Shown piece by piece: positions 1 to 8,913 of a DNA stretch of 16,294 bases (positions are counted from its first letter, which is position 1; the number at the start of each line of letters is the position of its first letter). The stretch is from a bacterium. Lineage in GTDB: Bacteria > SZUA-182 > DTGQ01 > JAFGSM01. The notes below the pieces were generated by a model. It worked only from the letters and a program-made list of their open reading frames with translations. It had not been told where the DNA came from and ran no database searches. The translations under genes were made by a program, and so were the position numbers. Where the stretch lies: the NCBI GenBank assembly GCA_049472355.1, contig JBLIRP010000083.1, positions 1-16,294 on the forward strand, read 5' to 3'.

Positions 1-228
1 CCCGCACTTCCCCTGGGGTGGGCATCCCTGGCCATCATGATAATCATCTTCTCCGGGATGCAGCTTTTCATCCTCGGTCTTTTGGGTGAATACCTGGGCC
101 GCATGTTTTTGAGCAACAACCAGACCCCTCAATTCATCATCCGCGAGATTCACCAGGGGTCACTATGGGGCGAGGCGAAATGGAAAAACAGGGATATACG
201 GAGCAGTTACGTGATAAGGATATCCTGA
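1..228 (+). CDS. Glycosyltransferase family 2 (ArnC/GtrB-like polyprenyl-phosphate transferase), C-terminal part; 5' end outside window
   Basis: The frame is open from base 1: PALPLGWASLAIMIIIFSGMQLFILGLLGEYLGRMF...PQFIIRE. This matches the typical C-terminal TM tail (GWxSL...GEYxGR...P.[YF]IIRE) of ArnC/GtrB-type GT2 enzymes. Confidence 0.8.
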   Translation, partial: PALPLGWASLAIMIIIFSGMQLFILGLLGEYLGRMFLSNNQTPQFIIREIHQGSLWGEAKWKNRDIRSSYVIRIS

Positions 229-1208
229 TCACCGGCGGATTGGGATTCATCGGAAGCAACCTGGCGATACGGCTCGTGGAACTCGGCGCCAGGGTAACGC
301 TTCTGGACGCCATGGTTGAAGACCACGGGGGGAACCTCTTCAACATCAAGCCCATCAGGAAAAGGGTATGCATCAACTTCAGCGACGTCAGGGATGAAAC
401 CAGCGTCAAGTACCTTGTGCGCAACAGGGACTACATCTTCCACCTGGCAGGGCAGAACGATCATGTCCTGAGCCTGTCGAATCCCTTTCCCGACATTGAC
501 ATAAATATCAAGGGAACGGCGATTCTCCTGGAGGCCTGCAGGCGATACAATCCCGGGGTCAGGCTCATCTTCAGCGGCACGCGTGGGGAATACGGCCCTT
601 CCACCAGGCTTCCGGTGAGCGAGGAGGCCCCCATCAACCCGAAGGGGATCTATGAATTGTCCAGCCTCACCGCCCAGAAGCTCTTCAAGATCTATCATGA
701 CAACCATTCCCTGAGGTCGATAACCCTGCGTCTGACCAACATCTACGGTGAAAGGGCGCAGATGAGGCACAGCAGGTTCGGCGTTGCCAACTGGTTCATC
801 AGGCTGGCCATCGACAATGAAACGATCAAGGTCTTCGGTGACGGCTCACTGAAGAGGGACTTCCTCTATATCGACGATACGATCGAGGCCGTGCTCATGT
901 GCGCGGCAACCGAAGAGGCGTACGGCGAGGTGTTCAATGTGGGTAATGACGCGCCATCGAGCTTCCTGGAACTGGCAACAACGATCATCCGGGTCGCCCG
1001 AAGCGGCAGGTGGGAATTCGCCCCTTTCACCCCGGAGCGTGCAGCGCAGGAACCGGGTGACTTTTATTCGGACATCTCCAAGATACGGAGGATCGTCGGA
1101 TGGGAGCCCCGGTATACCCTGGAGGAAGGGCTCAGGAAGACCATCGACTATTATCGCAAATACAAGTCGCACTACTGGCAGGACGGCCATGACAATACCG
1201 TTTTTTGA
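180..1208 (+). CDS. NAD-dependent epimerase/dehydratase (extended SDR family)
   Basis: Rossmann motif ILITGGLGFIG, plus IFHLAG, LRLTNIYG, GDGSLKRDFLYIDD and EVFNVG. ATG 180 follows GAGG (172-175); the alternative start is 165. Confidence 0.9.
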   Translation: MEKQGYTEQLRDKDILITGGLGFIGSNLAIRLVELGARVTLLDAMVEDHGGNLFNIKPIRKRVCINFSDVRDETSVKYLVRNRDYIFHLAGQNDHVLSLSNPFPDIDINIKGTAILLEACRRYNPGVRLIFSGTRGEYGPSTRLPVSEEAPINPKGIYELSSLTAQKLFKIYHDNHSLRSITLRLTNIYGERAQMRHSRFGVANWFIRLAIDNETIKVFGDGSLKRDFLYIDDTIEAVLMCAATEEAYGEVFNVGNDAPSSFLELATTIIRVARSGRWEFAPFTPERAAQEPGDFYSDISKIRRIVGWEPRYTLEEGLRKTIDYYRKYKSHYWQDGHDNTVF

Positions 1209-2304
1209 TTTGCAGGGACAATACCTGACCATCAAGGAGGAGATCGACGAGGCCATGGCCGGGGTCCTCGCTCGGGGGTGGTACGTGCTCGGTGACGAGG
1301 TGAGGTCCTTCGAGCATGAGTTTGCCGCCTATTGTGGGGCCGGATACGCAGTGGGGGTCGGCTCGGGCACCGATGCCATCATGCTTGCCTTGCTTGCATG
1401 TGGAATTGCGCCGGGGGACGAGGTGATCACCGTGCCGAATACCGCCGTGCCCACGGTGGCGGCGATCATTGCAGCGCAGGCGCGGCCGGTTTTCGTGGAC
1501 GTGGACCCGGATACCCGCACCATGGACCCCATGAAGCTCGAAATCTGCCTGGCTACACGGCGATCATCGAAGGTCAGGGCGGTCATCCCCGTGCATTTAT
1601 ACGGGCATCCCGCGGATATGACCCCGATCCTCGACATTGCACGGCGCTATGGCCTCAGGGTGATCGAGGATGCCTGTCAGGCCCACGGGGCGGAATACCG
1701 CAGCGTCAAGGCAGGGACCCTGGGCGATGCGGGCTGTTTCAGCTTCTATCCCACCAAGAACCTTGGTGCATACGGGGACGGAGGGATGGTGACGGTGCAT
1801 GACGAAAACCTGGCCGAACGCCTGCGGATGCTCAGAAACTACGGGGAAAGGGAGAAATATCGAAACGCGATCCACGGATATAACAGCAGGCTCGATGAGG
1901 TGCAGGCGGCGGTGCTGCGCGTGAAGCTTCGCCACCTGGACGTGTGGAACCGCAGACGTCGCAACATTGCGGATCTTTATAACAGCCTCCTTCTTCCGTG
2001 CACGGAGATCTCCCTTCCAGGGAACGCCCAATATGCGCGCCATGTCTTTCACCTGTACGTAATAAGGACACGAAGGCGGGATATGCTCCGGGAGCGATTG
2101 AAGCGCCATGGCATCCACACCCTCATCCATTACCCGCTCCCTGTCCACTTCCAGGAGGCCTATCAATCGCTCGGATACGCCCAAGGGGATTTCCCGGTAT
2201 CGGAGCGCCTTGCGTCCGAGATCCTCTCCCTTCCCCTGTACCCCGAGCTCGACGAGGACACGGTCAGCTCCGTCTGCTCCGTTATCCGGGAAGGGGCCCA
2301 TTGA
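1189..2304 (+). CDS. DegT/DnrJ/EryC1/StrS-family PLP-dependent nucleotide-sugar aminotransferase
   Basis: Starts MTIPFFDL at ATG 1189, in frame with ORF 937..2304. Motifs GSGTDA, IEDACQAHGA, FSFYPTKNLGAYGDGG (PLP lysine), GYNSRLDEVQAA and ILSLPLYP. Confidence 0.93.
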   Translation: MTIPFFDLQGQYLTIKEEIDEAMAGVLARGWYVLGDEVRSFEHEFAAYCGAGYAVGVGSGTDAIMLALLACGIAPGDEVITVPNTAVPTVAAIIAAQARPVFVDVDPDTRTMDPMKLEICLATRRSSKVRAVIPVHLYGHPADMTPILDIARRYGLRVIEDACQAHGAEYRSVKAGTLGDAGCFSFYPTKNLGAYGDGGMVTVHDENLAERLRMLRNYGEREKYRNAIHGYNSRLDEVQAAVLRVKLRHLDVWNRRRRNIADLYNSLLLPCTEISLPGNAQYARHVFHLYVIRTRRRDMLRERLKRHGIHTLIHYPLPVHFQEAYQSLGYAQGDFPVSERLASEILSLPLYPELDEDTVSSVCSVIREGAH

Positions 2305-3063
2305 ATGGAGCGGCACGAATATGCGGTCATGTTCAAGATGGAGGAGGACTACTGGTGGTATCGTGGATTGCACGATATGGTCATGCGCTGCATTTCCCGG
2401 TTCGCCCGGCACTCTCAACGTGCGCGTCTCCTCGATGCAGGATGCGGCACCGGGAGGCTCCTCCAGATGTTCGGGGGCAGTGACTCCTACGGCATCGATT
2501 GTTCCCCCGAGGCATTCAAATTCCTGAAGGTGCGCGGTCTCGCCAATGCAGCCAGGGCATCGGTATGCGGCATCCCCTTCAAAGACAAAGTATTTACCCT
2601 GGTGGTTTCCCTGGATGTCCTTTACCACTGCGGAGTGCGGGATGATGTGAAGGCAATTGCGGAGTTCCACCGGGTGCTCGAACCGGGCGGTGTGTTGATC
2701 CTGAACCTTCCGGCATTTGAGCTTTTCCGGGGTGCGCATGACGCGGCCGTGCACACACAACGGAGATATCGCATAAAGGATGTGCGCGGAAAACTGGAGA
2801 AGGCCGGTTTTGACATCGCATTGATAACCTATCGGAATACCCTCCTGCTCCCTGCGGCAATGGCGGTGAGGCTGATGAGAAGGAGCGGATCCCGGCATGG
2901 GCATGGCGTCAGGTCTGACCTCATGTCCCTGCCCGGATGGGTAAACCGGCTCTTCTACCTGATCCTGATGTTCGAAAACAGGCTTTTATTGCAGGGGTTG
3001 ACATTTCCCTTGGGGCTCTCTGTTTTCTGCGTCGCAAAGAAGGATAAGGAGGAGACCGCATGA
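2305..3063 (+). CDS. Class I SAM-dependent methyltransferase
   Basis: SAM-binding motif I LLDAGCGTG, plus GIDCS and RVLEPGGVL. The N-terminus EEDYWWY and the HD..VH..RRY motif are typical of methyltransferases in sugar clusters. It abuts the upstream stop codon. Confidence 0.9.
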   Translation: MERHEYAVMFKMEEDYWWYRGLHDMVMRCISRFARHSQRARLLDAGCGTGRLLQMFGGSDSYGIDCSPEAFKFLKVRGLANAARASVCGIPFKDKVFTLVVSLDVLYHCGVRDDVKAIAEFHRVLEPGGVLILNLPAFELFRGAHDAAVHTQRRYRIKDVRGKLEKAGFDIALITYRNTLLLPAAMAVRLMRRSGSRHGHGVRSDLMSLPGWVNRLFYLILMFENRLLLQGLTFPLGLSVFCVAKKDKEETA

Positions 3064-4964
3064 GAATGTCCAACGGCACTATCACCCCGACTCACCAGGT
3101 AAGGAAGGGCGCCGGACAAGGGCACCTGAGAGGGGAAAAACGTTTGAAGATGTATACAGGCACCAGCACAAAGAATCAAAAGGAGGGAAGCGCATGCGCA
3201 GCAAAGGGGATCATGCAGGGAAAATGGTGGCCTATAGGAATCATCCTGTGCCTTCTCATCCTTTCATTCCTCATTATTCCGTCCGATTATAATCACGCCC
3301 ACGGAGACGGGGGCATCTATGCACGATGCGCCAAGGTCTTATACGAGACGAACCGGATCGACATCACCTATTCCGCAGCCTCTTTCATCGGCCAACTCCT
3401 TTTCAGCAACATCCTCTGCCACATCTTCGGGTTTCATCTCAGGGTCCTCAACATATCCGTCTATGTCGCCAATCTCCTGCTGCTTACCGGGATGTACCTG
3501 CTGCTCATGGAGATGGGGCTGAATCCCTTTTTGGCGCTGTTCGGCTCCCTGGCCCTCCTGGTCAGCCCGATCTCTCTGAAGATGATAGACTGGTACATGA
3601 CAGAGCCCTTCTTCATGTTCTATTCCGTATTTTCCCTGCTCTTCTTTATCAAGGGCCTGCGCAGGGAACGATATCTCTTCCTCTATATAGGGAGCATCTT
3701 CGCTGCGCTCGCCGTATTGACCAGGCAGCATGCCGTTTCCCTGTCGATGGCATTGGCGGCATTGTGCCTTCTCTATAGAAGGCAGATGAAAAGGGAAACA
3801 ATGCTCCATTGCATGATTACAGCGGCAATCCCGATGCTCGCCATCGGATTATTCTATGTTTTCCTTTTTAAATTCAACATCTTACATACGGACGTGCCCC
3901 ACGTTCAAACCATATCCAAATATCTTATAATTCTCAAAGACATCCGGAGCCCTGTCAATCTTTTGATAAAATTCTACTATGATGCCCTCTTTTTTCTCCA
4001 CTACGTCCCCCTCTACCTTGCGCCCCTCTTCATCACCCTCTTTGCCGTGCTCATCATGAGACCGAAAAGGATACGGGAATTGTGTACGAATTGCACCTTC
4101 CTGGGGATGTCCCTCATCTTTGTTTCGATCGGTACGGTCAGCCTGTTCCTGCAAGGTGATCACCTGATGCCCTATCTTCCCAGCATATTCAGCATCGGCT
4201 CATTGACCCGGGTTTTTACCGTCACGGTGCTAAAACCGGAACAGGCATCATGGCTTTTGAGCATCTTTACCGGGACGGGTGCGATCCTCATCCTGACAAC
4301 GATGTCGGAACATGCCTTCCGAAACCGGACACATACAGATCACGCAGCCGGCCGAAAATTGTCACGAAGCAAGGACAGGCAGCCCCAAAAAGAGATGGCA
4401 AGAACACGTGACCTCGGCAGCATGTTTTTCTATTTATGGGGGGTATTCTTCATTGTAACAACCATAATCATCGGACTGCACTACGATCGGTATATTTATC
4501 CCATCTCCATTCTGATGATCTATGTATTTTTGAGTCATTTCTCCTTTATTAATGAGCACAAAATAGTCTTAATAACGGCATTTATATTGATCTATGCGGT
4601 ATTCATTTTTCAGGTTTCAAGCTCCAGGCTGTTTATAGATCTTCAGTGGAGAGAAAGCTATGCCCTTGTTCAAGAAGGCATTCCCTCATCCAAAATAAAC
4701 GGGGGATTGGGATTTAATCAATATGAGAGTTTTGATTATATAACCGATCTTTATAAAAATGTCACCTCTAACAGGCCCATCAACTGGTATAAATTTCATC
4801 CCCTTGCTGATTTCTTTGTTACGGGGAGTACGGGATTGGAACAAAAGGACAAGGGGCTTGTTCTTTACAGAAGCGCAACCCAGAAGAGACTCTTCGGCGC
4901 ACTTGAAGGACGATGCTTTATCTACAAGAGAAAAAAAGGCCATAAGGGGCCAATCTGGACATAA
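3060..4964 (+). CDS. Multi-pass membrane glycosyltransferase, GT-C fold (ArnT/PMT-like)
   Basis: Many hydrophobic segments, an acidic first-loop motif (HGDGGIYA), MTEPFF, ALAVLTRQ, YDRYIYP and a soluble C-terminal domain. ATGA overlap with the previous gene, although the true start could be a later Met (3150 or 3213). Confidence 0.7.
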   Translation: MRMSNGTITPTHQVRKGAGQGHLRGEKRLKMYTGTSTKNQKEGSACAAKGIMQGKWWPIGIILCLLILSFLIIPSDYNHAHGDGGIYARCAKVLYETNRIDITYSAASFIGQLLFSNILCHIFGFHLRVLNISVYVANLLLLTGMYLLLMEMGLNPFLALFGSLALLVSPISLKMIDWYMTEPFFMFYSVFSLLFFIKGLRRERYLFLYIGSIFAALAVLTRQHAVSLSMALAALCLLYRRQMKRETMLHCMITAAIPMLAIGLFYVFLFKFNILHTDVPHVQTISKYLIILKDIRSPVNLLIKFYYDALFFLHYVPLYLAPLFITLFAVLIMRPKRIRELCTNCTFLGMSLIFVSIGTVSLFLQGDHLMPYLPSIFSIGSLTRVFTVTVLKPEQASWLLSIFTGTGAILILTTMSEHAFRNRTHTDHAAGRKLSRSKDRQPQKEMARTRDLGSMFFYLWGVFFIVTTIIIGLHYDRYIYPISILMIYVFLSHFSFINEHKIVLITAFILIYAVFIFQVSSSRLFIDLQWRESYALVQEGIPSSKINGGLGFNQYESFDYITDLYKNVTSNRPINWYKFHPLADFFVTGSTGLEQKDKGLVLYRSATQKRLFGALEGRCFIYKRKKGHKGPIWT

Positions 4965-4999
4965 TTCCCTCGGCTTGATGGCGTGGTGGAGAATAACCT

Positions 5000-6496
5000 G
5001 TGAAATTACGCATTCGCCCGCAAATGATCATCAGCTTTCTGATGATGAGCGCATTGCTCTTTGTGGTGGTGGTCTGTTCAATTTTCTACACGAGCCGTAT
5101 GCAGGAGAACACCGCCCGAATACTGGTGGAAAACGTCTCCAGCCTGAAATCGGCAGAGGAACTGGAGATCGCCCTCCTGGACATGAAGGGATTGACCGCC
5201 AATTACCTCCTGGACGGGGATGAGAAATGGCTGGAGATATTCCATGAAAAGCAATTGTCATTCATAAACTGGTTCAGCAGCGCGCGGGAGAGGACCCATT
5301 CCGATGAAGAAGACGGGGTCATTGATGAAATAGAAGTGCTCTACGAAAGGTATACGGCACATCAGGGAAATGTCGTGGTCTCATACCAGGAGGGGGATTC
5401 CGGCAGGGCACATGCCCTGCTTATCAGTGATATGCGAGACACATTCAATCTCGTCTATGAGAAGTGCGAGGAGTTGCTCTCCATTAACGAATATATGATG
5501 CATCAAACCAGCATGTCGATTGAACGGGACAAGCGCTCTATCAAGAAGATCACCTTCGGAATCGGCATCATGGGAATCCTATTGGGAACGGCCCTGGGAC
5601 TGGGTGTGTCCCGGAGTATCACCCATCCGATCTACGAGCTGGTATTGAAGGTAAAGGGTGCAACCAGCGAGGAGCTTGTCGAGAAGGTTGACATATCGGA
5701 AGAGACCGAATTGGAGCACCTGAGCAAATATGTCCGGAGGTTGATTGAACGGGTGCATGAGGTGAATAAGGACCTGGAGCAGAGTCAAAGGATGCTGATC
5801 CGGTCGGAAAAACTCGCAACCATCGGACAGATGGCCGCTGGTCTGGCACATGAGATACGCAACCCCCTGACTGCCATCAAGATGCTTATCTTTACCCTTC
5901 AGCAAGAGGCAAAGGGCAATTTCGGGATGGAGAGGGATTTTGAGGTCATGCTCAAGGAGATTGAACGTCTGGAACGTTTTCTGGGAAATTTTTTGACCTT
6001 CGCCCGGCCCCCGGAGCCCAACCTCAGCCATATGGACATCAATGAAACAGTAAGGCATACCTTGGACCTGCTCTCACCGCAAACAAAGGCCAAGGGAATA
6101 GCGGTGATGGCAATGCTCTGCGACGAATCAGCACCCGTGTACGGGGACAGGGAACAGCTCCAGATCGTCTTGGTGAATGTCATATTGAATGCGATACAAT
6201 CCATCACCACGACGGGGATGATCACTGTGGCGAGCCGTATTACAAAGGAAACCAATGGACAATGCCCCCATGTATACATCAGCGTAAGCGATAACGGGAA
6301 GGGAATCCCTCCGGGGATACTACATTCGATTTTTGACCCCTTCGTAACCGGCAACGAGAAAGGAACCGGGCTCGGTCTTTTCATTGCACATCAGATCATC
6401 ACCAACCATGAGGGCGGGATCGAGGCATACAACAATCCCGATCAAGGTGCAACGTTTGTCATACATCTACCCATGAAGGAAGCACAGACATGCTGA
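5000..6496 (+). CDS. Membrane sensor histidine kinase (two TM helices around a helical periplasmic sensor, HisKA, HATPase_c)
   Basis: H-box AAGLAHEIRNPL, N-box NVILNAIQ, G1 DNGKGI, F-box IFDPFVT, G2 GTGLGL. GTG start preceded by GGAG. Confidence 0.93.
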   Translation: MKLRIRPQMIISFLMMSALLFVVVVCSIFYTSRMQENTARILVENVSSLKSAEELEIALLDMKGLTANYLLDGDEKWLEIFHEKQLSFINWFSSARERTHSDEEDGVIDEIEVLYERYTAHQGNVVVSYQEGDSGRAHALLISDMRDTFNLVYEKCEELLSINEYMMHQTSMSIERDKRSIKKITFGIGIMGILLGTALGLGVSRSITHPIYELVLKVKGATSEELVEKVDISEETELEHLSKYVRRLIERVHEVNKDLEQSQRMLIRSEKLATIGQMAAGLAHEIRNPLTAIKMLIFTLQQEAKGNFGMERDFEVMLKEIERLERFLGNFLTFARPPEPNLSHMDINETVRHTLDLLSPQTKAKGIAVMAMLCDESAPVYGDREQLQIVLVNVILNAIQSITTTGMITVASRITKETNGQCPHVYISVSDNGKGIPPGILHSIFDPFVTGNEKGTGLGLFIAHQIITNHEGGIEAYNNPDQGATFVIHLPMKEAQTC

Positions 6497-7914
6497 AAAG
6501 GATTCTGGTCGTTGATGACGAAGAAAGCGTGCGTTATTCATTCGAACGGTTCCTGGATGAGCCGGGATACAGGGTCAGCACCGCCGGAACCGGCTCCGAG
6601 GCACTTTCCCGATATGCAAAGGAACCGTTTGATCTGGTGGTGCTCGACGTGCGCCTTCCGGACATGTCGGGGATCGAGGTCCTTCACCGGATAAAGGATC
6701 TTGACCCCAAGGCCGTGGTGCTGATCATCACTGCATATGGGACAACGAATATCGCAATTGAGGCCACCAAGAAGGGCGCCTACGATTACATCCTGAAGCC
6801 CTTTGACATGCCCGACATGAAGCGGATCATTCATGAAGCGCTCACCTGCAGCCGTTTGATGCGCACCCAGGTCGTCATCCAGGAAACCCAGGCGGAACAA
6901 CCGTCAGGGGATCGAATAATCGGCAGCAGCCCTGTCATGCAGGAGGTATACAAGCTGATCGGAAGGGTGGCGGCGAGCGATATCAATATCCTTATACGGG
7001 GAGAAACCGGGACCGGCAAGGAGCTGGTGGCGCGGGCAATATATCACCACAGCAATCGATCCGAAAACACCTTCCTTGCAGTTAACTGCGCGGCCATCCC
7101 TGAAACGCTCCTGGAGAGTGAGCTTTTCGGTTATGAACGGGGGGCGTTCACCGGCGCCCTCCGCAGAAAGGTAGGCAAATTCGAACAGGCGAATGGCGGG
7201 ACGATCTTTCTTGACGAGATTGGTGATATGAGCCTCCCCACCCAATCAAAGATCCTGCGTATCGTGCAGGAGGGCTGCTTTGAACGCCTGGGCGGGGAGC
7301 AGAGAATCCATGTGGACGTGAGGGTGATCGCCGCCACGAATGCAAATCTCGAGAAATCAATTGAGGAGGGAAGATTCCGTGAGGACCTTTACTATCGCCT
7401 CAATGTCGTGACTATCGCATTGCCTCCCCTCCGGAGCCGACAACAGGACATCCCTGCGCTTGTTGACTATTTTCTGACCAGGCACTGCACCATGCTCAAA
7501 AAGGACAGGATCCCCATATCGAATAAGGCCATGGCGCAACTAATCGGATATCATTGGCCCGGAAACATCCGGGAGTTGGAAAATGTGATAAAACGCGCCA
7601 TAGTGCTGTGCAAGGGGAACGTCATTACCGAGGACTATATAGCGGAAGGGATTAAGCCTTCCGGGGAGAATCCCGATCCTTCGTGCCCTTCCCCTGGTGA
7701 GTACCCTGATCTGAAAAGGGATATGGAGATCTACAACGGGGCCCTCCACGGCAGGGTCATGTCGGAGACCGAACGGATACTCATTGAGAAGGTACTCGAC
7801 GAAACAGGCGGCAACCAGGTTCGGACGGCAAGGATTCTGGGCATATCCAGGTTCATGCTGAGGGACCGCCTTGCCAGGTACAACCTGAAAAAGAGATACC
7901 CTCACGATCATTGA
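6490..7914 (+). CDS. Sigma54-dependent response regulator (NtrC family: REC, AAA+, Fis-HTH)
   Basis: Receiver VVDDE and LDVRLPDMSG, Walker A GETGTGKE, GAFTGA loop, Walker B IFLDEIGD, WPGNIRELEN, HTH GGNQVRTARILGISR. Overlaps the kinase stop. Confidence 0.95.
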   Translation: MLKRILVVDDEESVRYSFERFLDEPGYRVSTAGTGSEALSRYAKEPFDLVVLDVRLPDMSGIEVLHRIKDLDPKAVVLIITAYGTTNIAIEATKKGAYDYILKPFDMPDMKRIIHEALTCSRLMRTQVVIQETQAEQPSGDRIIGSSPVMQEVYKLIGRVAASDINILIRGETGTGKELVARAIYHHSNRSENTFLAVNCAAIPETLLESELFGYERGAFTGALRRKVGKFEQANGGTIFLDEIGDMSLPTQSKILRIVQEGCFERLGGEQRIHVDVRVIAATNANLEKSIEEGRFREDLYYRLNVVTIALPPLRSRQQDIPALVDYFLTRHCTMLKKDRIPISNKAMAQLIGYHWPGNIRELENVIKRAIVLCKGNVITEDYIAEGIKPSGENPDPSCPSPGEYPDLKRDMEIYNGALHGRVMSETERILIEKVLDETGGNQVRTARILGISRFMLRDRLARYNLKKRYPHDH

Positions 7915-7948
7915 TCGAAATTCAACCAGTTTGGAAGAAATTCAGTCA
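7912..7948. promoter_or_regulatory. Candidate upstream activating sequences (two tandem imperfect palindromes)
   Basis: TGATCGAAATTCAACCA (7912-7928) and TGGAAGAAATTCAGTCA (7932-7948). Both fit TG-N3-GAAATTC-N3-CA, start 20 bp apart and lie about 165-200 bp upstream of the sigma54 box. Confidence 0.6.
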
Positions 7949-8093
7949 CCAATTTCATTGAAACCTGTAGAAAATCCCTGTCCGTACATTGCCGTTTCGT
8001 GGATCTCTCCAGCACCCTGATGTCTGAAAACCATCACCCCTCCTTCGGTTACGGACACATATGCCTCCATATTGCCTCGAAATCGCATTCATT

Positions 8094-8106
8094 TTTCAAT
8101 CCATTG
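8094..8106 (+). promoter_or_regulatory. Possible IHF binding site
   Basis: TTTCAATCCATTG has one mismatch to WATCAANNNNTTR and lies between the UAS candidates and the sigma54 box. Confidence 0.35.
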
Positions 8107-8110
8107 AGCA

Positions 8111-8126
8111 TGGCATCCCGATTGCT
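8111..8126 (+). promoter_or_regulatory. Sigma54 (-24/-12) promoter
   Basis: TGGCATCCCGATTGCT, with GG at 8112-8113, exactly 10 nt, then GC at 8124-8125. It lies directly downstream of a sigma54 activator gene and upstream of an ORF with a strong RBS. Confidence 0.85.
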
Positions 8127-8214
8127 CTCTATAAAGATAGAAAGGGTACAGCAAGCTTGCCGTAAAAGATGAGCAACGACATCAATTGACAATAGAACCG
8201 TGGAGGAAACGAAC

Positions 8215-8544
8215 ATGTCAATCACACGATATACACGATATAAATGGTATCTCTGTATCCTATGTATCGAAGTGGTCCTATTTCTTGTTACAGCCGCATG
8301 CCATGCCGAGGTATCGACCGAGGCCACCGCCATGGATGAAAAGATGGAAGAGGTGATGAGAAATTGCAGGGTTGTCGAGATTGGCGGGAAATTCTTCAAT
8401 GTTTACATCAACCAGCATGACAAGATTATCACCATTAAAGGAATCATAGAAACCTGGGATGAGATGGACAAGGTTGAGCGCTATTTCAAACACAGGGGGC
8501 CCTCCGATTATATCGTTAACTGCATGCTGGATTTCGAGGATTGA
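8215..8544 (+). CDS. Small exported protein, possibly BON-domain-like
   Basis: GGAGG RBS at 8202-8206. Basic-then-hydrophobic N-terminus ending ..TAACHA (signal peptide-like). The segment NVYINQHDKIITIKGIIETWDEMDKVE...IVNCM resembles the BON strand-G-helix pattern. Confidence 0.6.
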   Translation: MSITRYTRYKWYLCILCIEVVLFLVTAACHAEVSTEATAMDEKMEEVMRNCRVVEIGGKFFNVYINQHDKIITIKGIIETWDEMDKVERYFKHRGPSDYIVNCMLDFED

Positions 8545-8591
8545 TAACCAGGAAAACGGCACATAACAACGAAGCCAATAAGGAGCATCAC

Positions 8592-8855
8592 ATGTTGAGA
8601 AATTGTATAGTGTCATGGAAAAACCTCGGAAATTGTCTTACCCCGATAGGAGATATAGGTAATTGTCTGGTCCCAATAAGGGAGATCAAGGAGTATTATA
8701 CCGGATTGGAATCGCGCCGCAGTGAGCAGACGAATCCCTTCAAGAGGCTCGCACTCGAGTTGGAGGGCAAGGGTCTGAGGCAATCATTGAAAGGTGAGAT
8801 AAAAAATGAGGGCTCCGGTGCCCTGTTGCTGGAGCCCCGTCCTCTCACGACATGA
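8592..8855 (+). CDS. Hypothetical protein (87 aa) with three 10-aa Asn-Cys repeats
   Basis: AAGGAG RBS at 8580-8585 before ATG 8592. RNCIVSWKNL / GNCLTPIGDI / GNCLVPIREI. No family recognised. Confidence 0.45.
   Translation: MLRNCIVSWKNLGNCLTPIGDIGNCLVPIREIKEYYTGLESRRSEQTNPFKRLALELEGKGLRQSLKGEIKNEGSGALLLEPRPLTT
8598..8687 (+). repeat. Degenerate 3 x 30-bp tandem repeat
   Basis: AATTGT recurs at 8601, 8631 and 8661. Units 2 and 3 are clearly similar (GGAAATTGTCTTACCCCGATAGGAGATATA vs GGTAATTGTCTGGTCCCAATAAGGGAGATC). Confidence 0.65.
8800..8837 (-). terminator. Possible intrinsic terminator for nifU-nifS
   Basis: The minus strand reads GGGCTCCAG-(10 nt)-CCGGAGCCC followed by TCATTTTTTA, about 80 nt after the nifS stop. 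Confidence 0.45.
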
Positions 8856-8913
8856 ATGGCGCCCCATGGCATTGTCAGGTACGCCCATATACGCAAGGGG
8901 GGCCGGAGAACCC

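Noticed and set aside
937..1188. Upstream extension of the aminotransferase ORF
   Set aside because: It overlaps the epimerase, and the family-typical N-terminus starts at ATG 1189.
1597..2904. 435-aa minus-strand ORF
   Set aside because: Antisense shadow of two well-supported GC-rich genes, with no motifs.
8598..8687. 30-bp periodic repeat as a degenerate CRISPR
   Set aside because: The units are contiguous without spacers and vary in a codon-like way.
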